Shown: positions 51,001 to 59,000 of the stretch, piece by piece | Layout: each line of letters starts with the position of its first letter | Position numbering within the stretch: the first letter of the stretch is position 1 | Virus record (IMG/VR): IMGVR_UViG_3300017991_000048 | Location: 186,001 to 250,000 of that record | DNA: 64,000 bases | Direction: 5' to 3' (one strand) | The notes under the pieces: model-generated | Told to the model about the DNA's origin: nothing | What the model saw: only the letters and a program-made list of their open reading frames with translations | Databases searched by the model: none | Made by a program: the position numbers and the translations under genes

Positions 51001-51389
51001 TCTTTTGCCAGATCCCTTTGTAACCTAATCCTTTGTTTAATCTCCTCTTTTTCATCCCCGCCTGCTGCCGCCGCCCGTTTGTTTAACTCGCCCAAAACCC
51101 TTTCCGTGTCCATTAACCCCTTTTTCATATCCCCGATAGCGTTAGTCGTCTCTCCTATGGCTGCTCGAATATTACCGTAAACCTTGGCCTGCTTTGCAAG
51201 AATCGGACCTAAGATCTTTGTCGTCTTTGTCGCGTGTATATACTTACCAATAGCGGTGTTGACCTGTTCTTCGCTCTTTTTGATAAGACCAAAGCGCTTG
51301 GACAATTCACTCTGAAACCGCTTGGACTCTTTGAGTGCAGCACTTGGGTCAATCCCTATCTTTACAGTTACGACTTCTTCTTCAGCCAT
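48039..51389 (-). CDS. tape measure protein
   Basis: 1116 aa, helical and Ala/Gly/Lys/Glu-rich with a hydrophobic segment; sits between chaperones and baseplate genes. Confidence 0.8.
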   Translation of the reverse strand: MAEEEVVTVKIGIDPSAALKESKRFQSELSKRFGLIKKSEEQVNTAIGKYIHATKTTKILGPILAKQAKVYGNIRAAIGETTNAIGDMKKGLMDTERVLGELNKRAAAAGGDEKEEIKQRIRLQRDLAKEKTIAIRAKEKEKEELVKRRDAVRKGMEQVKGGGPNLKLLAAAAREGGETLVKPLSAFMGRDFKSALDEGSDLLGKGLTGAFRKMGKGVKKMSLIPTAGKAGAGGAAVKGIAGMGKALMPVIKVLGKLGPIIGLVSSAIMGLIKLFMDTEAAAKDFHKRILETASTSALLARNMGDADAASAELEQTLKDVREGAMNLSNVQWGISRDTAAQFIAALTNEGVTLERLGDETKRATGYATEHAKVIQMSVAYSRAFGVSLQETTLLQGEMMAEMGMGLDSVQAGFQSITRGAEEAGMASNKFFGMVRSFSADLSLFTLRMADLTKVMGVLGKTMQPRNAMKFMQSVTGKFAGGVLENVRHVMMAGPGKAKGVAQADLGARLEGLSADIANQTGQSAKEIREMIERANPKEIAKWTADHREKVTGGMVEAIQDAANMQQKLAKGGAINTAAILDQLSPMGKIQMAQAESMKMFNGKRLEELSGRQLAAVEATGIATVQEIRGFQKLQLGLMTYQQELLNATEEGIAKGGEFDEKTKLALEKLGVDMTKGDLLEQLKDIFDEDKNMRKTWNALSADQQELLQGGEKQINFQKKIAEHQVSIVDKLGMIVDILMNEIYNTLKGVWDSVLDVWKALPFGDSAEKEKRVREKRFEMQAQGLRDPEVMKAITDAEGNIWEARNKIVATAGQKLLEGVKAAEEEREEIIKKIKTAKGKEEIEALHKQKLLLDEIIWAEDEITKEGVGGTGIYDVAPEEALKRYKKMGALQEKAGIKGATPEAKAEAKAKAKAEITEQPKLKDPPTEGEQKEATKAAKETTKVLKKGVVQGKPTSGYTKAVTSSTLDAIRTGLFEYYMYSQLEGADVAKGLKTGAWTPENIGEKLVKGATEKGVAPTGIAAELLGGGKKKTKVTTAEPKQAGGLVTSIVNGQANVARLPPGEGWTPIGVGERIIPAGGGRAGNVKVELALRGDLSRFITARVVEGAAEFERNKRLR

Positions 51390-51402
51390 GCTTTTCTCCT
51401 AC

Positions 51403-52686
51403 TCACTTCCGGAACGGCTTCCCTGGTGGCGTCTGACGTCTGGGCAAAGGGATAGCTTCTGAAGTGTCCCGGTCTGTAGTAGCAATCTCAGTAGAGATTT
51501 CTGGCCCTTTGACGCCCCATTTGTCCAAAAAAGCATCCGTTTTTTCATCCATGGGATGAACTTGCATACGTGCGGCGTTTTGAGCCTCGATTTGCTTTGT
51601 ACGTCGAATTCTCTCTTCTACCTCTTGTGGGCTCAAACCATGTATCTCGGAGCTTCCGACAACATTCTTGTTTCCAAACTGCTCCGCATGAGCTTTTGCC
51701 GCTTCCTGCTGTTGTCTCTGTCTGGCTCTATACTGGTTCTGAATTCGCTTCTCATGCTCTTCGACCACCTTGTCGTGCCAGTCCTGGTCGCCTCTTAGAT
51801 CCTTCTCCAACTGATCCGCCAGTTCCTCAACACTGCGCGGCACCGTAACAACTGCACCGGGGAGTACAGCACTCTTTTCCGGTACTTTCTCCCCAAGCAC
51901 TATTTCCCGTAAAAGCTTGTCTTTCCGTGATATCCGCTCTTCTTTCTCCTTGTTTCTCCGATCAGTGTCCTGGCTGTAAACTTTGGACAAACCCTTCCCG
52001 GCAAAGCATGAGCCGATAAACTTGGCATTTTCCCAGTCCCTCTCATGCTGCTCATTACGGTCTTCTGCCAAATTCAAGGCTCTCCATACCTGTTGTGCCC
52101 AGTTGAGCCCCAAAGCTTGTGTTCCAACGACTCCAGTGACCGCCGTGGATGTAAGATCCAGCCCTTTAAGCTGCATCCAACGGTATCGAGAAGCTGATTC
52201 TGTAGCATAAGCTTCCGTTAGAATGGTCGCACTTGAGGCCCTCCGGTTGATTTCGGAGACGTGCCGAATGATCTTGGCTTTGCCTTGTTTGGGAAGCTCT
52301 GAGAAGGTGTCCGCTATTTTGGGTATCCATTGATCGCGGTCAGCCAAGACATTGACGCCATCGACCATAAACACCTCGTAAGCCAAAAAGATGTCCCAAA
52401 ATCTATGACTTGAGTCCTCTCGCTCCTGTTCCTTGAGAAGCCCTGCAAACCTGAGCAAGTCGAACTCATGGTGGTTCACACTTTTGAAAACAAAGTAGAC
52501 GTTATTAATTTCCGCCGCTACTGTAAGAAACCCACGGAACAGCAGGGGTTCAACGTCCTTGTAAACTTCCGGGTTTACCTCCGGAGCTTGAGGGGGAGTG
52601 ACACGGATATCTTCTTTAGGCTTTCCGTCATACTCACTCTTAAGCCGTCCTTGTTCCAGTTCATAATTTCTAGCTGCATCAGTCAT
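51403..52686 (-). CDS. probable tail assembly chaperone 2
   Basis: Position between chaperone 1 and tape measure; TGATG overlap. Confidence 0.5.
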   Translation of the reverse strand: MTDAARNYELEQGRLKSEYDGKPKEDIRVTPPQAPEVNPEVYKDVEPLLFRGFLTVAAEINNVYFVFKSVNHHEFDLLRFAGLLKEQEREDSSHRFWDIFLAYEVFMVDGVNVLADRDQWIPKIADTFSELPKQGKAKIIRHVSEINRRASSATILTEAYATESASRYRWMQLKGLDLTSTAVTGVVGTQALGLNWAQQVWRALNLAEDRNEQHERDWENAKFIGSCFAGKGLSKVYSQDTDRRNKEKEERISRKDKLLREIVLGEKVPEKSAVLPGAVVTVPRSVEELADQLEKDLRGDQDWHDKVVEEHEKRIQNQYRARQRQQQEAAKAHAEQFGNKNVVGSSEIHGLSPQEVEERIRRTKQIEAQNAARMQVHPMDEKTDAFLDKWGVKGPEISTEIATTDRDTSEAIPLPRRQTPPGKPFRK

Positions 52687-53753
52687 CAAACTTTAGCTGG
52701 CGGCTTAAAGCGCGGGTTGATTCCCGCCGCTGGTGGTCGATCAATAATCTCACTGATCTTTTTCGTGTCCACAGGCTCTTGTTTCCGAAGCTCTGCAACC
52801 TCTTGGTCAGCCGGTCGCTGAACCGGGATTTGCCCATTTCCTTCTTCAACTTTAACACCTAGTGTTCTTCCCGCCTCTGCCTCAAGAGCCGCAATCTTGT
52901 CAGTGCGGCCTTTAGACGTGTCTCCCTCTTGGCTTTGAGACGGGGCTACTCTCCGTGCCTCAATAGCTTGTTCCAGAGTCTGGTGAGGGTCGGTTGGCTC
53001 CGGTGTTGCCCGATTCATGGGTTGTCTCGCCGCCTCTGGCTCAGGCTTCGGTTCGGCTTTGGGCTGCGGCTTAGGTTGTTCAACTTCGGCTTTGGGCTGC
53101 GGCTTAGGTTCCGGTGTCTTGGCGGCATCGTCTTCACGAGCCATCCGGTCTATACGTTCAGTCGCCGCTTTTACTTCCTCAGTGGTGCTTCTCCGCATAA
53201 ACCCTTGCTCTTCCAGGATATGGTCAATGAGAGAGTCTGGCAGATTACCTTCGCTCTCTTTGGCTTCCAGTAATAAGCGGCGATATTTCTCTTCGTCAGT
53301 CTCATCTGGCAGTAAAAACTCGATCCCCTCTTTGGCCTTCCGCTCTGCCATTTCCACCACGTCTAAGAACTTACGGTAAGCTGTGTAAACAGCCTCTTTG
53401 CCCCAAGTGTTCACCACATGCTTGAGCAGGTATGAGTGAAGTTCTGTTTTAACAATGCGTGTTCCCCCTGGATTCTTGGGGTCCGGTTCTTCCTCTTCGA
53501 TATACTTAACACCTTGCAGGTCCATGCCATTGACCTGGGTGATAGACCGGGCAAGGTGCTCAGTTTGGTAGACATGAAGATACGACACGTCATCAAGCTC
53601 TTCACAAGCCTGTAGAATGGCGACGTACTCTTCAGGGCGTAAGTTACGTAATGTAACTTCGCAGTCCTCTATTATGAACGACTCTTTGATTAGCCCTATA
53701 TCTTTGGCCTTATCAAGAGCCTCGTTGAGTTTCTTCGCTGCTAATGTGCTCAT
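52686..53753 (-). CDS. probable tail assembly chaperone 1
   Basis: Follows the tube gene; VTLRNLRPEE...LARSITQVNG; Pro/Glu/Lys-rich C-terminal half. Confidence 0.6.
   Translation of the reverse strand: MSTLAAKKLNEALDKAKDIGLIKESFIIEDCEVTLRNLRPEEYVAILQACEELDDVSYLHVYQTEHLARSITQVNGMDLQGVKYIEEEEPDPKNPGGTRIVKTELHSYLLKHVVNTWGKEAVYTAYRKFLDVVEMAERKAKEGIEFLLPDETDEEKYRRLLLEAKESEGNLPDSLIDHILEEQGFMRRSTTEEVKAATERIDRMAREDDAAKTPEPKPQPKAEVEQPKPQPKAEPKPEPEAARQPMNRATPEPTDPHQTLEQAIEARRVAPSQSQEGDTSKGRTDKIAALEAEAGRTLGVKVEEGNGQIPVQRPADQEVAELRKQEPVDTKKISEIIDRPPAAGINPRFKPPAKV
53052..53110. repeat. 26-bp exact direct repeat (period 33) encoding PKPQPKAE twice
   Basis: ttcggctttgggctgcggcttaggtt at 53052-53077 and 53085-53110. 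Confidence 0.9.
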
Positions 53754-53913
53754 ATCATCCTCACAAATTGAGGATGACAGCGTTAGAACTCGACGTGATC
53801 TACATTTGAGTCTGGGTTTCTTACCGCGCTACAACAAAATTTACATTTGGTCGGATCTAATCTGATTCACATCTAGTTAACCGCTGTCATCAAAGCGGTC
53901 AGTTAGACCGCTT
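53751..53913 (-). promoter_or_regulatory. candidate cis-regulatory RNA with four mutually exclusive stems, one hiding the RBS
   Basis: Inverted repeats 53906-53913/53893-53900, 53894-53901/53878-53885, 53882-53891/53773-53782 and 53769-53777/53755-53763. Confidence 0.7.
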
Positions 53914-54613
53914 GTATTGTATTACTGCTCTGAGCGAACCGGAGTGAGTAACCACTGCCAGGACCGCCGTTGTCCTCCACCGGAGCAAGTCCAGTGTCGA
54001 TAAATTCGCCGTATTCTGATACACCATCAATAATGTCAGTGACTGTTATGGAGCTAGTCTCAGCTACCACTGCTGTGTCAGAAACGAAACTTGCTGAATA
54101 TGAATTCATCCAACAGCCCTCAAAAAAGGTCAGCAACGCACGAGGGGTTACTATCGGATTATCAGCGTCCGTAGGGCCTGTTGTAACAGTGGCCGCAACG
54201 GATGTACCACTCGGATCTTGGAGAGAAGATAACTCCGAAAAAACCAATTCCTGCTTGATGTCGAAAGGCCAACGGTGGTGCTTCAAGCTCCGGACAAGAC
54301 CATCGATGCCGCCCTTATAACCGAGAATTTGGAACAGATTTGCTGTATACAGCAATGTCTTGTTCACACTCAGAGTCATCGGATCTGTAACATTAGGCAC
54401 TAGCTCAGCGATTTGATCACCGAAGCCCACGCCACGGATCGGATCAATCGTGCGGGACTCGTCAAATGTGAACTCCGAAATCACGCCCAACTGCTGGAGT
54501 CCCTCCGCTCCGACCGTGTAGCCATAAATCTTATTTTTCTGACTCACGGCGGCACGGGTGTTCGGAGCCGTACCCTGCCGGTAGATATAATTAGCTGTAG
54601 TTACGTTCGCCAT
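53903..54613 (-). CDS. tail tube protein
   Basis: GVISEF...ESRTIDPIRGVGFGDQIAELVP, PFDIKQE, FEGCWMNSYS...VAETSSITVTD; strong GGGAG RBS; upstream of chaperones and tape measure. Confidence 0.8.
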   Translation of the reverse strand: MANVTTANYIYRQGTAPNTRAAVSQKNKIYGYTVGAEGLQQLGVISEFTFDESRTIDPIRGVGFGDQIAELVPNVTDPMTLSVNKTLLYTANLFQILGYKGGIDGLVRSLKHHRWPFDIKQELVFSELSSLQDPSGTSVAATVTTGPTDADNPIVTPRALLTFFEGCWMNSYSASFVSDTAVVAETSSITVTDIIDGVSEYGEFIDTGLAPVEDNGGPGSGYSLRFAQSSNTIQAV

Positions 54614-54636
54614 ATTATCTTACATCTCCCATTTTG

Positions 54637-54657
54637 TAGTCAAACAATGTCTGACTA
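54637..54657 (-). other. stem-loop between the upstream stop codon and the tube RBS
   Basis: mRNA UAGUCAGAC-AUU-GUUUGACUA, 9 bp with one GU. No U-tract, so not a classic terminator. Confidence 0.5.
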
Positions 54658-55236
54658 GCTTTTTGGCTCAAACAGACTATGAATCTCGGTCGCCTGCTTG
54701 GAAAGTTCCGTCAGGTCAGTCTCAACCCACGGCTGAGCCATATCCACGTTCTGAGCAATCTCAGAAACCTTGGAAGCAATCTTATGAAGGTCGCCTTTGG
54801 CCCGATTCGAGTCAAATTGCTTACCCTCAGCTATGAGAGCATCAATTCTTGAGTTCGTCTCTGCCACCTTTGTGACGATACCCTCAGCTAGCTCCATGTT
54901 TGAGCTAAAAGTTTCGTAAGAAGCACTCTTGAGCATGATTTTCTCCAAATCCGAAAAGGGAAAACTACGATCTTCCCTTTTCATAAAAGGGTTAGTGGTA
55001 GATGAATACCGAGCCCGTCGAAACGGCAATAAAGTCCACATTTTATCAAGATCCACAGAGAGCATTACTTGATTATTCTCTGTAAATTCCTTCAAAGCCT
55101 CTCTTGCGGTCCGGACTGGCACCAGACCAGTAATTAACTTGAGGACCGAAACCGGTCCCAACATATGCCTCTGACCATCCGGTGTCTGGACATAATCGAC
55201 ATTCCCGTCAGTCCCAATTGTTACAAGTTTAGGCAT
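54655..55236 (-). CDS. hypothetical protein (possible internal start at 54936)
   Basis: ATG 55236 overlaps the upstream stop (track start 55305). Internal GGAG-N6-ATG at 54936 is in frame. Confidence 0.6.
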   Translation of the reverse strand: MPKLVTIGTDGNVDYVQTPDGQRHMLGPVSVLKLITGLVPVRTAREALKEFTENNQVMLSVDLDKMWTLLPFRRARYSSTTNPFMKREDRSFPFSDLEKIMLKSASYETFSSNMELAEGIVTKVAETNSRIDALIAEGKQFDSNRAKGDLHKIASKVSEIAQNVDMAQPWVETDLTELSKQATEIHSLFEPKS

Positions 55237-56035
55237 AATCTTCTGACTCAGAAGCGTAACGCTCGAACTCAGCGTCCTCCTCTTCAGAGGCGTACTTTCT
55301 GCCAAAACCAGCCTCTAAAAGGATCTCAATAATCATACTGGCCTGTTGCTTTGTAAGCGCCTGTCTCTCATCCCTGGTAAGGATATGATCGATGCCAGTC
55401 ACATCGTACAGGTTCAACTCATGCCAGTCGTCATGCTTTATTTTACTCAATAAGCCATTAACATATCTAAGTTGCGGCGGGGTAACATCTCCTGTCATCC
55501 TCTTTTGCTTCGGGAACCTTCTAAGCATTTCAGGGGTCGGAAATCCTTTGATGCCTGTATCCTTGAGTTCCTCTTGACGCCTTTCGCTTTCCTGTTGTTC
55601 CCTCTCTTCTTCCCGCTCCTGACGTTCCATTTCTCTTTCAGGATCAGCGGGACGTGAACGAGTTAAAGCTAACTTTTCCCAGAACTCCTCGCCGTCATCA
55701 TACTTCTCAACAAGCTCCCCGACCCTATCTTTTATGCTATCTTTCCAGTTTGTTGTACGTTTGACAGGAGTCGGCTGCTTCTCTTTCCTCATTAATAAGC
55801 CGCCGTCTCTCAGACTGACAAGTTGGACCTTCATCGTTTTAACCCCGCGTCCAGCACCCACTCCAGAACGGGTTTTAACGGAGGTCATAATCCGAATTCC
55901 AACATTAGGGCCAAGTGTCAGTATGTAATAATACTCGTTGCCCTTAAATATTCCCTGTTTTGGACGAAAGGCGCGGAAAGCTCTTTTCAAGAACTTTTCC
56001 ATCTCCTCTAAAGGTATTTCTACGTAAGTTCCCAT
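55229..56035 (-). CDS. hypothetical protein with C-terminal TxxQ...LTKxxAS (DUF3072-like) motif
   Basis: VTPPQLRYVNGLL...LTKQQASMIIEIL; basic N-terminal domain. Confidence 0.55.
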   Translation of the reverse strand: MGTYVEIPLEEMEKFLKRAFRAFRPKQGIFKGNEYYYILTLGPNVGIRIMTSVKTRSGVGAGRGVKTMKVQLVSLRDGGLLMRKEKQPTPVKRTTNWKDSIKDRVGELVEKYDDGEEFWEKLALTRSRPADPEREMERQEREEEREQQESERRQEELKDTGIKGFPTPEMLRRFPKQKRMTGDVTPPQLRYVNGLLSKIKHDDWHELNLYDVTGIDHILTRDERQALTKQQASMIIEILLEAGFGRKYASEEEDAEFERYASESEDYA

Positions 56036-56038
56036 AGT

Positions 56039-59000
56039 TTAATCCCAATCGCCTTCCGGTAAACTCCAGGCATCGTCTTCGAAATCGTAAGCCGCCGTTC
56101 TAACAATTTCCTCTTCGATCATTTCTTCTCCCGGCTCAACGACCTCTTCCTCAACTATGGTTTCGTCTTCGGTCTCACCGGGTCTTTTGACATTCTCGCC
56201 AACGTGAAGACCGGCTTCAGCCACAAATTGACTGACTCCAGCCGGTTTCCCGCCCACAGTAGAAGGACACACAATAGTAAGATTCATCTCTGCCCGTGAT
56301 AAAGCCACATAACCGAGCCGTCTTTCCGATTCTAACTCTTCTTGTAACTCTTCTGGGTCGCGAGGTGGTGCCCCTGGCTTCTTTGGAGGTTCTATGGGGA
56401 ACTTACCTCTTGGCATGGCGACATAACAATTTCGCCACTCTGCTCCTTTGACTGAATGCACGGTTCCAATGTAAACACCGGGCGGAGGTTTTTGTTCCGC
56501 TTCTGGAAGCTCTTTTTGTTTCTCTTCCCACTTATCAATGTCAATCCGCAGTTCCTCAGTCTTGGCAGCATAACGATCCATTTTAGCTTTATAGCCTATT
56601 GGTGTATTTGGATCGGCAATCAAGTCATCGGGGTCTGTTGGATCTTTTTCCATTAGTTTATATAAGAAACTAACATTCCCCAGATTTTCTTCCTCTTCAT
56701 CCTCATCGTCCTTCGCATCGTCATCCTCATCAGAGATGCTATCTCTGATAGTAGCCTGAAGGCTCTCACGGAAAGACTGCTCTACGTACTTGATGTCGCC
56801 AGTTCCAGGCTCAACTATTGTCGTTGTCCCTCTCAACATAAGGATTTCGTCAAAAAGATCTCTCGTTGTATAGTCGGGGTCCATCGCGTTAGCTTTCATT
56901 TCAGCTACCGCATCACGCATTTCCTGGAGAGCCCTCACAGCCTTTCGCCATAACCCTCCTTTTTTACCCAAAGCTCCAGCCAAGATACCTAAAAATTCAT
57001 CGTCAGCTAAAGCGGCAAGAGGGTTTATTGTTTTAACATCTTGGCCTGTCTCGGTAGCCCACTTTTTAAGCGCATACTTAACTCCGTTCGGTCCTTTATC
57101 CCCAGTGAGGAAAAAACGGTTTGGTTTGTTTATGACCTCCCCCAAGGCTTCTTGCATTTTGGCAAAGTCATTACCTATAGCAAGATCAACATACCCCAAC
57201 ACCGCCTTTGTCTCTGGTGAGCCCAAAAAGCTTGAGGTGCCTTTACGGGCGTAAGGAACGCCGCGAATAATACAGGCTGTCTCGTAAGCGTGTTGTTCCT
57301 TATTTGTCCGGGTAAGAATGGCATTATCACTTACGTCAGCACCCGCTACCATGTCGCCTTTGATCTTCTCTACGACATCTAAAGCAGCTTGCGCCTCATC
57401 TCCGGGAGTTATGACATCAAGAGTCGCAACTCCTTTTTGCGCCCCTGGACGCGGAACGGACTTCATCGGGATCTGCTTTGTGTTATGATCAATTAACGTA
57501 TTGGCGGCTTCAACGATTTCTGGCTCACACCGATAATTAGTCCGGATAAATTTGGTTTCCCAACTCTTTTCTTCGTCGTCGTTCAACTCCGTAAACATAT
57601 CCGGACGCGCCCCGCGAAAACCATAAATACTATTTGATGAAAGAACCCCACCACCAAAAAAGTTAGAAGCATCGTTTATATCAAGATCAAGAAAGGTGTC
57701 TTCTACTTGTTCAACCTTCACAACTTGGTCTAAAACTAACTCACCGTCATCTATAACAGCCACCGACATACCTGGAAACAAAGCTGTTGCTGTGATCTTC
57801 CTAAGAGGTAGTTCATTCGCTACTGACAAACGATGTGATAAATTAAAACCTGTTACATCTTGTAGAGTTTCTGCAAACTCTAAACCTTCTCGATAATTTG
57901 TAAACCATTTACGAATTCTGCGTCTATTCTGACCAAAAAGCTTAAATTCAACTTCTACTTTATCGTCTAACGCCTCGTCTTGATCCCATTCAAGAGTTAC
58001 TTGAGTGCCTTTCGGCCCATGAGCAATAAGCTGGATCGTGCGAGACGCAAGAAGGCGGGAGTTTCGACACATCCAATTAGGGTAAGATAACTTAAGCCCT
58101 TTAGCCTCTAACAGCTTGCGTCCGTTTTCACCAAACTCTTTATAAACCGCTGCAATCTTTTCAACTGGAAATGTTCGATTCCACTCACTATGATATACCG
58201 CAGTTGGTATCTGGTAGCGCAATGAATAAAGAGCTTCTGCCGTATAAGCCTCTTCTTTAGAATTATAAATACCAAGAATCCAAAGACGTTCTGCTCTTTC
58301 TGTTTGTGGTCTTTGTCCATAGAGAAGACGAGAATCTTTCTCGCAAAAACCCTTATTTGTAACCCCGATCCGAAAACCTAAATCTCGTCGATGCATCAAA
58401 TAAAGAAGATGCTGCTCCTCTTTTAGCAATGGGTCAGAGGCCCAAATTTTATGATTTGGACTCATCGTGAGAACACGACCACCTTCTGTGGTCATTTTAA
58501 ATCCATTACTCCAATTAGATGATACAATGTGTTTAACTTGCTGAGGGGTAATCCCACCATTTCGATAAGCTAAAACTTCATCCCCCTCACAAAGATCCTT
58601 TGCCGCCTTTTCACCAGAAGGGGTAAGTATAGGAGTGTCAGAGGCCACACACTGCTTGTCATCCCCTACGATCCATAAAGACTTCCCATCACTGCCGTCT
58701 GTAACCTTACCCGCTATCTGGGAGATGACAGAATACTGGACAGCATTAAGGTCTTGAGCCTCATCAACAATGACATGATCAAACATGTCCTGTACGGTTT
58801 TACGGACACCAGCGTCTCGTTTCAGAATGTTATCAAAAATAGCTAACTGATCATCAAAGTCGCCCAAACGTTTAGCCTTACTACCGGCACCCCTGGACAT
58901 AAAATTTTCATACGCTTTGGAACGACAGGGCGGCTCCCAACCGGGAATGGCTCCCTTCACTCCTTCATACATCTCATACCAGTCTGCATGGTCGGCCTGT

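Noticed and set aside
52660-52720. Lambda G/GT-type programmed frameshift between the chaperones
   Set aside because: No canonical XXXYYYZ slippery site near the stop, and the second gene has its own ATG in a TGATG overlap.
53798-53848. Resemblance of UGUARAU to the eukaryotic Pumilio element
   Set aside because: The context is prokaryotic (SD sites, overlapping genes) and the final A of UGUANAUA is absent.
53754-53902. tRNA, known riboswitch or intrinsic terminator in the tube-chaperone spacer
   Set aside because: No cloverleaf or T-loop, no aptamer consensus I recognise, and no U-tract after the stems. An Rfam search is still needed.
14029-54613. Bacterial extracellular contractile injection system or tailocin instead of a phage
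   Set aside because: No Afp15-like AAA ATPase or host housekeeping context is visible. The intein, HNH inserts, auxiliary speD/cca and giant structural genes fit a large phage better. Capsid and terminase are not in the window, so this is not proven.
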